A stretch of DNA of 63,193 bases, counting the filler, from Nemertoderma westbladi (taxonomy: Eukaryota > Animalia > Xenacoelomorpha), in assembly GCA_032718475.1 (NCBI GenBank). It is 5 parts of 5 records of this genome, joined end to end, with 100 filler letters (N's around TTAATTAATTAA, not from the genome) between each part and the next. Parts side by side here need not be neighbours in the genome. Positions count along the whole stretch, not along the records: positions 1 to 22,443 come from JAUCBJ010008021.1; positions 22,544 to 40,567 come from JAUCBJ010006505.1; 3 more parts are not named here. One strand, written 5' to 3'. The notes under the pieces are model-generated. The model made no database searches. It was not told the DNA's origin and saw only the letters and a list, made by a program, of their open reading frames with translations. Of this stretch, positions 12,662-24,631 are shown piece by piece (within the stretch, counting starts at the first letter, position 1; each line of letters begins with the position of its first letter). Made by a program: the position numbers and the translations under genes.

Positions 12662-15600
12662 CAACATCATCACCTTTTGGTTCTTCATAAATTGGTATAT
12701 TTGATATTTTTATAGGTTTTTTGAGGTTTGTTTTATAGTGCCCCCAAGGAAGTGATTGATTTTTATTAACCCAATAAAGTTTATCATAAAAGCTACTGAG
12801 TGCAAATTTATTTTGCTTTAAGGTATAAATACGATGTAATTTAGATTGAAATCTGTGTATGTTTTTTTTTATTTCTTCATTTGAGTTATATGCTTTTAAA
12901 TATTCTTCATGTGTAATATTCGTTTCCACAACAGCTCTTGTAATACCTTTTGCTCTACGAATATTTTTGTTATTCCATTCCAAAATTGAATATAATTTTG
13001 GTCTTAAAAATACAGCTTGTTTAATTTCACGTGAGGCTAGTTCATCTTTACAGTAATAAAGTCTCGATTTATTTTTATTACTATAAAGCGGGTGATCCTT
13101 AGGGTAATTGGATGTATCTAAAATATTATTTTTAATTAATGCTTTTAAAAAATTATTCTGCGATGTATTATAGTAACAACCTATTAATAAGTCTATATCT
13201 GATGCAGCAATTTCAATACGGCAGTTTAATTCTTTCTCAATAGGTAGCAATTTATCGTAGTACAGCTCATACATATCCAGTTTAGCCAAATCCAACACTG
13301 CGCTACCAATAAATATAGGCTTATCGAGAGTTACAGAGTCTTTCACTAATAAATGTCCCGATAATGTATTATTGTATATTATAAATTGTTCATGATTAAT
13401 ACGATTCACCAATTGGTCACATTTATCATTGCTATTTGCGATACGAAAGTTACATCGATCCCGTATCTTTTCTATTGACTTACCGAATAAAGAGTTATTA
13501 AGCAGCTTCGCGACAGCCGTTTCAATGTAACTTTTTGCTAGTCGCCTTTGATTAATATTAAAATCTATGTAATTTTTAAATACAAATTCTTGTTGAAAAG
13601 AATATAATTTATGTAGTTTAGTAACAATTAATCCATGTTTTATATAAAATTTTAACAGTTTCAAATGTAAATGATAAAATTCTTTATCAAATTGCGTCAG
13701 CAAGAGTTTTGGTGTAGGCATCTTATATTTACTGGAGGTACCTCTTTGTATCGATAAGTTATTAAATTGTTCCCTCATATAAGGTGAAAGCATTGATTCA
13801 TTTATACTTAAATGCTCTGGGGCTAACGGTAATTGTAATGTTTGATCGTGAATAGCTTTGGGGTAATTTAAATCACATATTAAAAAATATCCAGTAGATC
13901 CGTCATTGTCTAAATCTACCAAGTACTCGATTAGTTTTTCTGGAATTGCATTCTCTAAATGTTTAATACTTACTTCTTTGAATTGTGAGGTGGGTAGTTT
14001 TTTACTTAAATTCCCAGAATATAAAGAGTTGAAATCAATATTAAAAATATGGCATTCTTCCTTAGTAGAATCATATGTACTTGTTTCGGGTATATTTGAT
14101 TCTATATAATGCTTTCGACAAAATGAAACACCACCCCTAATTGATTTTTCAAAATCTCTATATGTCTGATAATCCTTTATTAATTCTATTTTACATTTAT
14201 TATATTTTAGTTCGCAATCATTGGTAAATGACGCAATACTACAGTAAAAAACCACTTCTAAATCGTAATTTTGTTTACAAACATTCCTAAAATTCTCAAA
14301 TATATCAGCAAGCAAACAAACATCGAGTTTTAAATAGGCCAAAAGATAATCTTTGAGATTCACTCAGTCGAATTCTACCCATGATAATCCCACAAACCTA
14401 TAATCTTCAATTGTGCATGTTTTTTGACTTAAGTTACTAAAAAAATTATTTATAGATGGTAAACCAGTATCATTAAATTTATTTATATCTGTCAAGTACT
14501 CGTATGGAAATACTCCTTTCCGATTAATTGTTGAGTTATTCAAGTTTGGATAAAAATATTTCATTTCTTGTAGAGTAATAGGTAAAATTGAGCTTATATC
14601 ATGACTCGCTACATCCTTTGTTTAACACTCAACTAAATTACTTAAAGAAAAGCTTAAAAATTGATATGTGTCTAAGACACGTAACTCAATTTTTTTAGAA
14701 GTGTTTTTAATTGGGATAAATCCACTCAGTGAAATATATCGTTCTGTATTTCTCGGTATAACCTTTATATCCCAATCCGTGTATTTCTTATCTCTAAATC
14801 CGGTTTGTAATATACAATGTATATCATAATTATTGGAATTGTGCCCGCAAAGTACATACAGGTATCGTTTCAATGATGAACTTCGGTTACAACTATTACA
14901 GGCTGCCGCAATATATTTACCTGTAATATGTGAATGATGTCTGTTTTTCCCTACATTATTATTTAAAGTAACATTACAATAGAAACAAAATTTTGCCTGT
15001 TCAAAATTTACAAAATCAATATTAGTAAATAACATAGTTTTATGAGTGTATATTTCTGACCAACAACATAATTCAGTTAAATCAGTATATAATGAATCTA
15101 AGAAATCTTGAATACAATTATTATTATTTGACTTTACGAATGTTTTCAAATGACATTTTGGAGGATCAATTAATTCACTATTGGGAACAATTAAATAACT
15201 CACAGCACACGGTATATGCTCCTGTATAAATTGATTATTAACTGAAGGTTGTAAGATACATTCTATATCAAAGTAGGTGACAAACAATAGGGATAAGGTT
15301 CTATCTAAATTTGTAAAACTAATGTGTGTTCTTTTTTTATTAGGTAGTTTCTCTCGTTGACTTCTTCCTTGGTAGCAGACGAGACGGTGTCGATGAAGAA
15401 CTTCCGCTCGAAAAAAATGTCCCAAACACCTTTCACAATATTTCCTATTGTGGATATGAAGAGCTCTCGTATTCAGCAATCGATTCAAGTTAGTTATGCA
15501 AACATAATGATTCAGTTTAGGTACATTGTTATTTTTTACTACAAGTAATATATTTAATAACTCTTTATCAGGTGTAATTTTACTAAACGGTGGTTGTCTT

Positions 15601-16697
15601 AATATAGATACGGGGGTGCGTTTGTTGTCGTTATTCCAACATAGTAAATTAATTATATATTTAAAATTTTGTTTTTCAAAAAGTTTAATCATTAACTGCC
15701 ACTCTGTTGGATAATCATTTTTCCCGTTGTCAAAAATGAAATGACTCATATAATTTTTGTACGACGAAGTATGGTTTTTGTTGTTTTTCACTTTGCTACC
15801 AAATTTTGCGGTTATAATAGCCCATTTGAAACAGTCATTATCAACCGTTTGTATATTTATTGTACATTTTTTAGCTGATAGAGCCTTAGGTAATTCCATA
15901 TATCCATGCCCCTTATATAGTAACGACCTACACTTAGATTCAGCTAATTTAATTTCAACCCTTAATAAAAATTTAACGCGCCACCCTGAGCCACATGTGT
16001 TAAAGATGGCTATTTTTTGTAATATATTTTCCACCACATACTCAAACCATATGTCAAAACTTTGTGATGAATCTACAGTATTATTAGCACCACCGGAAGA
16101 ATTAAAATAAAAGGTTTCCAATTGCTCGCCTTCTGAAAAATGTGATCTGTACATTAATACATTTAGACCTAACCACAGTCTAAGAACATTCATTTCTTTC
16201 AATCTATCTAATATTAACTGAAGAATATTACCTCGAATTTGCGTTAATGCTGTTTCTACATCGGGATTTCTTCATCTAGAAGTTGGGAGGTCGTGGACAT
16301 AAATTTCAAGACGATTATCGTGAGCTTCTTGTTCCCGCGTAAAAATTGTTGCGCATGTACCAAGAGCCACCCTTAAGTTTTTTCTAGATAATATATTTTT
16401 ATGTTGTGGAGATTTATGCTTTCTTGTGTAATAACATTTCAAGTGACAGTCGTGTCGTAAATAATTCTCATATGTATACTCTTTATTACAGGTAGAACAA
16501 GTCAATTGATAGGTACGGAACTCCATTTCTTTACAACCTGTAGTTGATTCATGTCATTTACAAATTTCGCTGCATGAAGTCACAACATGACACTTAAAAC
16601 AAGAATAACCTTCAAAATGTGACCGTAGGTAGCGTAAATAATTATGTCTAGTTACATTCATATGACAGAATGAACAACATATTGTTATTTTATCCAT
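12636..16697 (-). pseudogene. Protein-primed family B DNA polymerase (Polinton/Maverick type), 1354 codons, four in-frame stops
   Basis: Track ORFs 16272-16526, 14622-16202, 14364-14564 and 12636-14363 plus an upstream ATG at 16697 are all one frame; stops at 16554, 16272, 14622, 14364. Motifs: N-terminal Cys/His fingers, GSGW, DNDCFKWAI, YCERCL, ExoI YFDIEC, endonuclease VII-like RHHSHITGKYIAAACNSCN, ExoII HNSNNYD, RKGVFPYEY, ExoIII YLKLDVCLLADIFENFR, DFNSLY, KLLNNSLFGK, SDIDL (usual DTDS), LRPKLYS, RAKGI. Confidence 0.96.
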
Positions 16698-16884
16698 GTT
16701 AAAGTTTGTTTAGATTAATAATAATAATAAAATATCACCAAAGATTAAAATAAAATGAAATGAAATGTTATTGACTATATCTAAACATTTATATGCTAGC
16801 GAGTGAAATAATTTTAAATCAATCACCAATCACCAATCGCTTATGGGTATTGGAAACCTCAAAGAGTTTAACTTATGATCAGGT

Positions 16885-17949
16885 TTACATGTTAGAATAA
16901 TAATCTGGTTTCCATGGAGAATTAGTAACTGGATCTACTGGAACTAGGTTACCGGCAACTTTCTGTTTCTTTGCAGGTGATGCGTTGGTAAATTTACTTG
17001 ATGATCTTGGCTTCCGAGGTAATATTTCAGGAAAGACCTGTTGCGGTTGAGAGCAACTCTCTTCAACATCCGGATTAGGTGATGGGATCTCTATGAATGC
17101 TTTAGGTTTATCCAAAAGGACAAAACCATCTACATTGGCTTCAGTAAGAGAAACACCATCCATAGCCTCTTTGAGAAAACTAATATGGGTTTTATCCTTC
17201 AAGTAATGCAACTCAATAGAATTTCCACCTGCTCCTTCTTCAGTAGAATTATCGGTGTTGGTGATAATAATTTTTTTATTATTGGTTTTAATCATTTTGA
17301 GACGGTCTGATAATTGAATGATATTTTTATCAAAAAGATGCTTGTCTGTTTCATCGATTTGGGTGTCCCACTCTCGCAACAAAATGGTTAGTTCCTGATT
17401 TGACAAATTGAAACCCGTATAATAGTTAAAACCAACACTATCAGCGTATCTGAGGCTGATTTTCCATAAGCCAACATAGTTGGTTCCTTTAAAAGCTGTT
17501 ACAAATCCAATAAACTCTGGATTTGATAATTCAATGTAGAATTGATCGCTAATAATCTCTAGCGGTGGAGAGAGAAATTGCAATAATTTCCCTCTGTATT
17601 GAATTAGAACTTCAGTAAAAGCTTTGTTGAGAACTTTACATTTGCCTTGTTTCTAAACGTAAACATCACCCGACGTGGGGTTGATAGAAATATTCAAATT
17701 TCCTCGCGCAAAACGAAGAGCAGCATATATCCTACCTGGTATAATTGCTGGTCTGGATTGATGTTGGTTGTTGTTGGTTGTTTCTAGAATGTCTAGCAAA
17801 TAGCGGGTATCTTGATGGGAAAAACAAATTGATTCATTGTCCTCCTGAGATTCCACAATAAAATACTTGCTGTGAACGACGGTACAAGTATATTTATTGT
17901 AAGTAAATTTCCAGCTATTTGTTGCTCCAGTTTTTTGCGTTAAGGCCAT
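16885..17949 (-). pseudogene. ~354-codon ORF with one internal TAG; contains a PC4/Sub1-like ssDNA-binding domain
   Basis: ORFs 17653-17949 and 16885-17583 are in one frame separated only by TAG at 17653-17655; FVTAFKGTNYVGLWK...GFNLSNQELTILLREWDTQIDE resembles PC4 VSVRDFKGKVLIDIRE...[21 protein letters not shown]; basic PAKKQK near the C-terminus. Confidence 0.6.
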
Positions 17950-18043
17950 AATAATAATAAATACGAAAAATATTACAAGTGATAAATTTTAAACCGTATT
18001 GCTGTAATAAATTGACACCATAGTTCTCACTCTAAAGTTGTGA

Positions 18044-18202
18044 TGGTCGGAAAACAACACCTGAGAAAAATGATACTGATTCCGACATTGGGTATCAATC
18101 AAAAAACGAAAATCGAGCAAGACACGTAGCTCGATTTTCGTTTTTTGATCGATACCCAATGTCGGAATCAGTATCATTTTATGAGGTGTTGTTTTCCGAC
18201 CA
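18044..18202. repeat. Near-perfect inverted repeat, ~75-bp arms, 10-nt loop
   Basis: tggtcggaaaacaacacct..aaaatgatactgattccgacattgggtatc.atcaaaaaacgaaaatcgagc [aagacacgta] gctcgattttcgttttttgat.gatacccaatgtcggaatcagtatcatttt..aggtgttgttttccgacca; weaker outer arms ~18004-18042 / 18250-18300. Confidence 0.95.
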
Positions 18203-18893
18203 ACGAATATACAACGAGTAAGATAATGATGAAATTATTAAGGAAATAACACAATTTCAGAGTGAGAACAAAAAAATTAGATATGGTATCAATATATTAC
18301 CATGAAGATTACAAGTGATGAATTTTAATAAAAACATTCAGTTATATATAATTTCTGAATATGTGATGTGGCATAATCAACGTTGAAGAGATGGGATGTG
18401 GCATAATCAACGACGAATAAGAAAAGAGATGGGATGCAATATGGATGAATGGTTAGTTGGTTGCGTGGATAGGAAATACGTGAACGAATATGAATCATTG
18501 GGTTGTGCGTAATAATAATCAATAATTATAATAAAAACGCGCAGTATAATGTTAGTAGGCTTTCAATATGCCGCAGATGCTGAGGGTTAGGTTAGGTTGA
18601 GTAACTATGGAAATGTGAGAACGTGTACGTGACGCGTGCCGAAATTTCATGTATCATACTGGTTGGTTGGTTGGTTGGTTTGGTGACAGCAGCCGAGTAG
18701 CTCTAGCGGTGGGTAAATCATTGAGTTGGCAATCGATATAATATAATAGCACGGCGTTGCGTGGTATATGCGTGGTGTGCGTAGATGGCCATGTCGTCCG
18801 TGACTGGCTCTATCATCGTTGTCATCATATACAGTATGTGGTAGCAAGGCGAAAAGGGGAGTAACCGGAGGGCTAGGCAAGCAAGCATCACCG

Positions 18894-18958
18894 TTGGTTG
18901 GTTGGTTGGTTGGTTGGTTGGTTGGTTGGTTGGTTGGTTGGTTGGTTGGTTGGTTGGT
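18894..18958. repeat. (TTGG)n microsatellite; shorter run at 18660-18683 and a 2x ~90-bp duplication at ~19008-19186 lie nearby
   Basis: Directly visible. Confidence 0.95.
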
Positions 18959-19310
18959 AGGTAACAGCAGTCGAGTAGCGATGGGTTGGGTATGTGGGGG
19001 CTAGCCATGCATCGCGAGGTTAGGCTACGCGAAGATGAATATCGATGATTGGTTGATGCAACGACGCGAATCAATACTGATGGTTGGTAACAGCAGTCGA
19101 GTAAGGCGTGCATCGCTAGGTTAGGCTACGCGTAGATGAATATCGATGATTGGTTGATGGCAACGACGCGAATCAATACTGATGGTGGCAGATGGTCATT
19201 AAACACCGGAATTTGGCACCGGAATTTGGCATTTTGAATAGTCCTCCGAGATATCTCCCATAGCCCAAGCTAGGGAGGACTATGGTGAGGAACCCTCTTC
19301 CTCTACTACT

Positions 19311-21750
19311 TACCCTATCGCCTACACTATCTCTCCCAGTATGGCCTATAGTATGTGCAGTAAGGCTTACAGTATGTCCTGCAGTCTGCCTGTGTCCTTC
19401 CGTATCAAAGTTTAATCTTCTCGAATATTCCGAGAAGTCCTCCCCGCAACTACCATATTCTCGATCGGCAGCTACTTTCCAACGGGAAGTTTCCCTCCGA
19501 TCCCCTCTCCTGTCTTCTTCCTCGTACCAGTACCCTCTCCCGGTGGGTGGTATATTTCGCCAGGTTATGTTTCTCCGGGGCTATGGCAATCTCCCGGAGT
19601 ATGACCCCAACGGCTCTCTTTCTCCACCCAGAAAGGATCGACGGTTTACTGTCCATCCTTTCTCTCTGGTTGCTCGTTGCAACACTCCCTCGTCCCTCCT
19701 CGCTTCTTTTGATTTTAGCGTAATGTCCTCCCTAATGAGATCTCATTTCGACCTCCCGGATGAACTCCACTGTTCTTCTTCCGTCTTCCGAGTGGGCTCA
19801 ACGTTTCCTCATTTGGCCACTTACGGCACCAACGTCCCTCCCTCTGCCCGGTTGGACGGCCCCGTGGATATTCGCAGTCCCCCTACTGTCCTCTGTGGTT
19901 GGGTGCCACGGTTCACTTAACTCACCGTGCGCATTATCTGCCGATGCTCGAGGGGCGTTTGCTGCCCCCCCCCCCTTTCCTCCATTGTTGGATGCCACGG
20001 TTCAATTAACTCACCGTGAGCACTATCTGCCAACACTCGTGGGGTGTTTTCTGCCCCCCCTCTCTTGTCATTAATTGGTTGTGGTGGGGTGCCCGTAGCC
20101 CCCCCACCCATCACCTCTTATTTCGCCCCCATGTCCATGTTACCCTCGAATCGACATGTTAGTTCTATCCTCACTGAGTTTGTTAACCCATGTTCCTCTC
20201 TGCGCAACTGCGTGGCCTTGTAGTCCCTCACTAGGCAAATTGCCTCTTTCCCCTACGTTTATATTAATTGTACCGCCATTAGCCCTGCGCGGTTGATTTG
20301 TTACGTTATTATTTAGGTTATTTTGATTAATTCCGCCGGGGTTATTTATTATATTGTTATCTGGCGTATCTGGATTATTATTTAAATTATTTAAATTATT
20401 TTGTTCACCAATATTTATATTATTATTTAAATTATTTTGTGCACAAATATTAGAATTATTACCGAGTAAAATATTATCTCCTGTAAAGAAAGTTTCGTTA
20501 GTATTAGGGTTATCTATTACGGTACTATTAATATTAAGGTTCTCGTTAAACGTATTGTTATTACCACCCCCGCCCGTCCGGTCACACCAGTCTTGGGTCT
20601 GTCGTCTGGGATCAAGTGTCAAGTAATATCAAGTATCGAGTACCTGTAAGTGGAGTATTAACAAAGGTTTCCATCATCCCTGGTTCCTCATAAATACTCC
20701 CCGAACCAGCCTTGCTCTCTGATAAACCCATTTTTGCCAGTTCTAATTTCATGTCTGTCTTGCCTGATATTGCATGAACCCCCTCAACCGGGTATGCATA
20801 TCATCCCGCATACGTTTACCCGCCCTCTCTCTTTCTCTATCCTCTCTGACACTCTGATCGGCTAATTCTGCCTCACTCGCCTCCCGCACTCTACGCTCAT
20901 TCACCTCTCTAGCCTCCCGCTCTCTGCCCTCGTTCACCTCTCTCGCCTCCCGCTCTTTGCGCTCGTTTTCTTCTCTCGCCTCCCGCTCTTTGCGCTCGTT
21001 TTCCTCTCTCGCCTCCCGCTCTTTGCGCTCGTTTTCCACTCTCGCCTCACGCTCCTTGCGCTCATTCATTTCTCTCTCCTCCCGCTCTCTATAGTTTCTC
21101 GCCACCCTCTCGGCCCTCTCTTTACACTCTCTCGCTGATTCCTTCTCCCTCTCTAGTAACGCGGTCCCCTCATCCAGCTGTCTCTCTAGCTCCTTTTGAT
21201 CCAGCGCCACGATATCTAATTGACACGCCAGATCTATCTTAAACACCCTTCTTGCTTTTGCGGAGGATGTAGTGGACTTTTCGGTTGTGACGGACTCCCG
21301 TTGCCTGCCCGTCCTACTAATTTTCCCGCATTTACTGGGATTCCTACTAACCGACGATACCGAATCTTCGGGGTTAACCTCGGATTCGCTGTCGTGCGGG
21401 TCCGCCCATCCCACTAACTTAATCCCCCTCGCATCTACTAGATTAGGCCCTATGTACACTACAGTGGCCTCCACCACCTCGGATCGCCACAATTCGAACA
21501 GTTCTGAGGCGACCCCCCTCGCCCTCTCACTTGCTAGTTCACCCTGCCCAAATCGGACTAGATAGCGAAAGTGTTTGTTGCACTCATCTAGCCTTTGGTA
21601 CAACTCGGGGATGAAAATCTGAAATTTTGCATGATTTAAACCCCTTGAGTAACGTCCACACTCCGCATCACCCACAGGGCATTCAGACTTCTTCCCGAAT
21701 TAGCTCAGAAACAAGGTGGGCTGAAACCGTAAAGGCCTGTTTTTTAATGA
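19311..21750 (-). mobile_element. BEL/Pao LTR retrotransposon, 5' (gag N-terminal) portion, disrupted
   Basis: EVNPEDSVSSVSR...STTSSAKARR followed by a coiled-coil (REENERKEREA)n is typical of BEL/Pao polyprotein N-termini; then Asn-rich low-complexity sequence with stops; no pol visible. Confidence 0.65.
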
Positions 21751-22443
21751 AATAATATGTCGGTTCCTTAGTAGTTGAAAGTTACTGATTAAACTAATAT
21801 ATAGCAATTTCTAAATAAATATTTATTTTTGATAAATTATATCCAGTTAAATATTGAAGTAATTTTACTCCTACACAATTATTATCAAGTAAAAATTGTC
21901 GATGAATTTAAGTTACTGATAAATAATAGCCAATCATATGAGTAGATTGATAAACGATTTCGAAAAATATGTTACTTACTGATATTTAATATTCTGTTAA
22001 TTCTTGATAAATTAAAGTTTCTTATAAATAAATATAACATACTGATAAATAATACGCACTTAATCATTGAAGTATATAAATTATTCATTTGTAATTTCAA
22101 TGTATTTCTCGATAAATTGAAGGTACTGAATAATATAATGAATGTGAAATAATATAGTGAAAGATAAATATGTTTGTGAAGAAATAAGTAATATTCTCTC
22201 TGCTACATACTTTCCTTTCTGATAAATAGTTATTTAGTCTGATATAAATATTATAACTCGGTAATATATTACTGATATCAATGTTGAAGGATATTTATGT
22301 TTCTTAAGGGGGGGGGGGGGGGGGGGGGGGGGGTACACCATTTTCGGACAACTCTTCGATTTATCCCTCTCAGCGTTTCAAAATTGTTTTGTTTTGGCTA
22401 AAATTTGGCATATAGGTGCCTAAGATGTTATTCTACATAAGTA

Positions 22444-22543
22444 NNNNNNNNNNNNNNNNNNNNNNNNNNNNNNNNNNNNNNNNNNNNTTAATTAATTAAN
22501 NNNNNNNNNNNNNNNNNNNNNNNNNNNNNNNNNNNNNNNNNNN
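22444..22543. other. Artificial contig linker
   Basis: 44 N + TTAATTAATTAA (stops in all six frames) + 44 N. Confidence 0.97.
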
Positions 22544-22732
22544 AGAAGCCTTGGTTAACTAAACCAATCACAGTTAGCTCTGTCAATGCAAGTAACATCA
22601 ATTTAGTATCATACATTGATATTGAAGTTAAGTTATTTATTATGGCTACGGTGAACGTAGCAGACCCATAATTATTACGGTACAAAGACCGACTTATAGT
22701 ATTCAGCCTGCGCGGTGCCATTGCTTCGCACG

Positions 22733-22757
22733 AGCCCGGACTTGGGGCATTAGCTAG
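22733..22757 (+). mobile_element. Candidate Helitron 3' end
   Basis: Short gccc...gggc stem then CTAG followed by T. Confidence 0.4.
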
Positions 22758-22933
22758 TGTTATCTATCTGTAACATACTTAACATTATACTGTTTATTGA
22801 CAATATATGTGAAGTTAAAGACGAAACTAGCTGAGTTTTCACAAAGATCCAGAGCTACTAGAACCCATTTGACCCGTAATCCTAAAGGTTTACAAACTCT
22901 CGCTTGGTATCTAGGCCTGAACAACTCACGCCA

Positions 22934-23598
22934 AGTCTACTACCCTAGATCCCATGAGAAAACCAATAGATTGTGTTGCTTTGATGTCTACTACCAAAGA
23001 TCCCATGAGAAAACCAAAAGATTGTGTTGCTTTGATGTCTACTACCAAAGATCCCATGAGAAAACCAAAAGATTGTGTTGCTTTGATGTCTACTACCAAA
23101 GATCCCATGAGAAAAACTAAAGATTGTGTTGCTTTGATGTCTACTACCAAAGATCCCATGAGAAAAACTAAAGATTGTGTTGCTTTGATGTCTACTACCA
23201 AAGATCCCATGAGAAAACCAAAAGATTGTGTTGCTTTGGTGTCTACTACCAAAGATCCCATGAGAAAACCAATAGATTGTGTTGCTTTGATGTCTAATAC
23301 CAAAGATCCCATGAGAAAACCAATAAATTGTGTTGCCTTGATGTCTACTACCAAAGATCCCATGAAAAAAAGCAAAAGATTGTGTTGCTTTGATGTCTAC
23401 TACCAAAGATCCCATGAGAAAACCAAAAGATTGTGTTGCTTTGATGTCTACTACCAAAGATCCCATGAGAAAACCAAAAGATTGTGTTGCTTTGATGTCT
23501 AATAACAAAGATCCCATGAGAAAACCAAAAGATTGTGTTGCTTTGATGTCTAATACCAAACATCCCATGAGAAAACCAAAAGATTGTGTTTCTTTGAT
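22934..23598. repeat. 51-bp minisatellite, ~13 copies
   Basis: Unit aaagatcccatgagaaaaccaaaagattgtgttgctttgatgtctactacc, head-to-tail, no spacers. Confidence 0.97.
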
Positions 23599-23929
23599 GG
23601 AATTCACCCTGAGTTTTTTAAAATAGAGGAAAGGCAGGGAGTACTACAGCCTATACTAGATATGAAAGTTTGAGAGTTGAAAGCCACTCCAGAATAAATG
23701 CTTCCAGTCTATAAGCATCTCTCCTGTTTTTGATCACATTATGGAATTGGTCTGATCTCGAACCTATCACAGATAGTCATCATAATCATGTTCAATCGTA
23801 CTTGTAGCTGTTTATCCTATCCTCATTAATATCATATTGAATTAATTTAGGATACTTAAAGTTCTTAATGTTGAGTTGGCATCTTAAGAGTTTGTATCTG
23901 GATATAGTAGTGTAACAAGGTTTCACTGT

Positions 23930-24631
23930 ATCTGTAGTCTTTAACCTTCTTCATCACTACCTGAACTATATAACATTACGTCCGATGACCTGGCATTTCC
24001 ATGCAGATAATACTGTTGGTGAAAACAAAAAGAACGGTTTTGTGCAATACTTACAGTGGCGAATAGATAATGGACTGGATAAGAATATTCATTACCATTT
24101 TATGCTTGTGAGTCGTACAAAGTTTCGGCCGGATCAATTTTTTGGACTTTTAAGTCAAAGTTTAGAAAGGCAACAGTTTCAACGATGGTCGAGATGGCTG
24201 ATGTTGTTCAAGAGTCTGCCACATGAAGTTTTCCATTAGTTGTTGATGATAGTTATCCATTCTACGACTGGGATACATTCCTAGATAGGTTTTATCATGA
24301 TGTGCAAAACATTACGAATTACCAACATTTCAAACTGGGCTCCGACTGTGCGGATGGAATAGTGGAAAGTTTTCCCAGTCTCTCATTCTTGACATCATCT
24401 ACAATTGATATTTATAAGGAGTGCACAGGAAGACCAGTCACTTCGTCCATAGATATGCCAAATACTCTTCCTTTGTCAGATTTAAGTGCCACAAGGCAGT
24501 GGTACCTTTACAACAACATTCGTAAGTACTGTATAAGAAATCCAGTTCAGGTAGCGTCATTGCCGCAAGTGCCTAAACCGATAGCAGCAAATAAGACTGA
24601 AACGCAGGCTGAGACAAAGGTTCGGAAATGA
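23930..24631 (+). mobile_element. Sola-like DNA transposase C-terminal fragment, degenerate
   Basis: HFHADNTVGENKKNGFVQYLQWRIDNGL...FMLVSRTKFRPDQFFGLL matches the Sola-type pattern HADNCxGQNKN...WR...GHTKFxPDxxFG; then FYDWDTFL...ITNYQHF...RQWYLYNNIRKYC. Confidence 0.75.

Larger units (their letters stand above)
12207..19310 (-). mobile_element. Polinton/Maverick-related pPolB element, decayed; left boundary unresolved
   Basis: pPolB plus co-oriented flanking genes; candidate terminus 5'-AGTAGTAGAGG on the minus strand at 19310; repeat-rich subterminal region 18580-19230. Confidence 0.75.

Noticed and set aside
12636-17949. Alternative genetic code or programmed readthrough in the pPolB cassette
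   Set aside because: All three stop types occur, the catalytic DTDS is altered and the adjacent TBP-like gene is frameshifted; decay is simpler
18647-20114. Several overlapping ORFs, including PTNQ/VGWL repeats and the 212-aa plus-strand ORF
   Set aside because: Microsatellite translations or antisense shadows of the BEL gag region
22934-23598. CRISPR-like regular repeats
   Set aside because: Head-to-tail units without unique spacers, no cas genes, eukaryotic context
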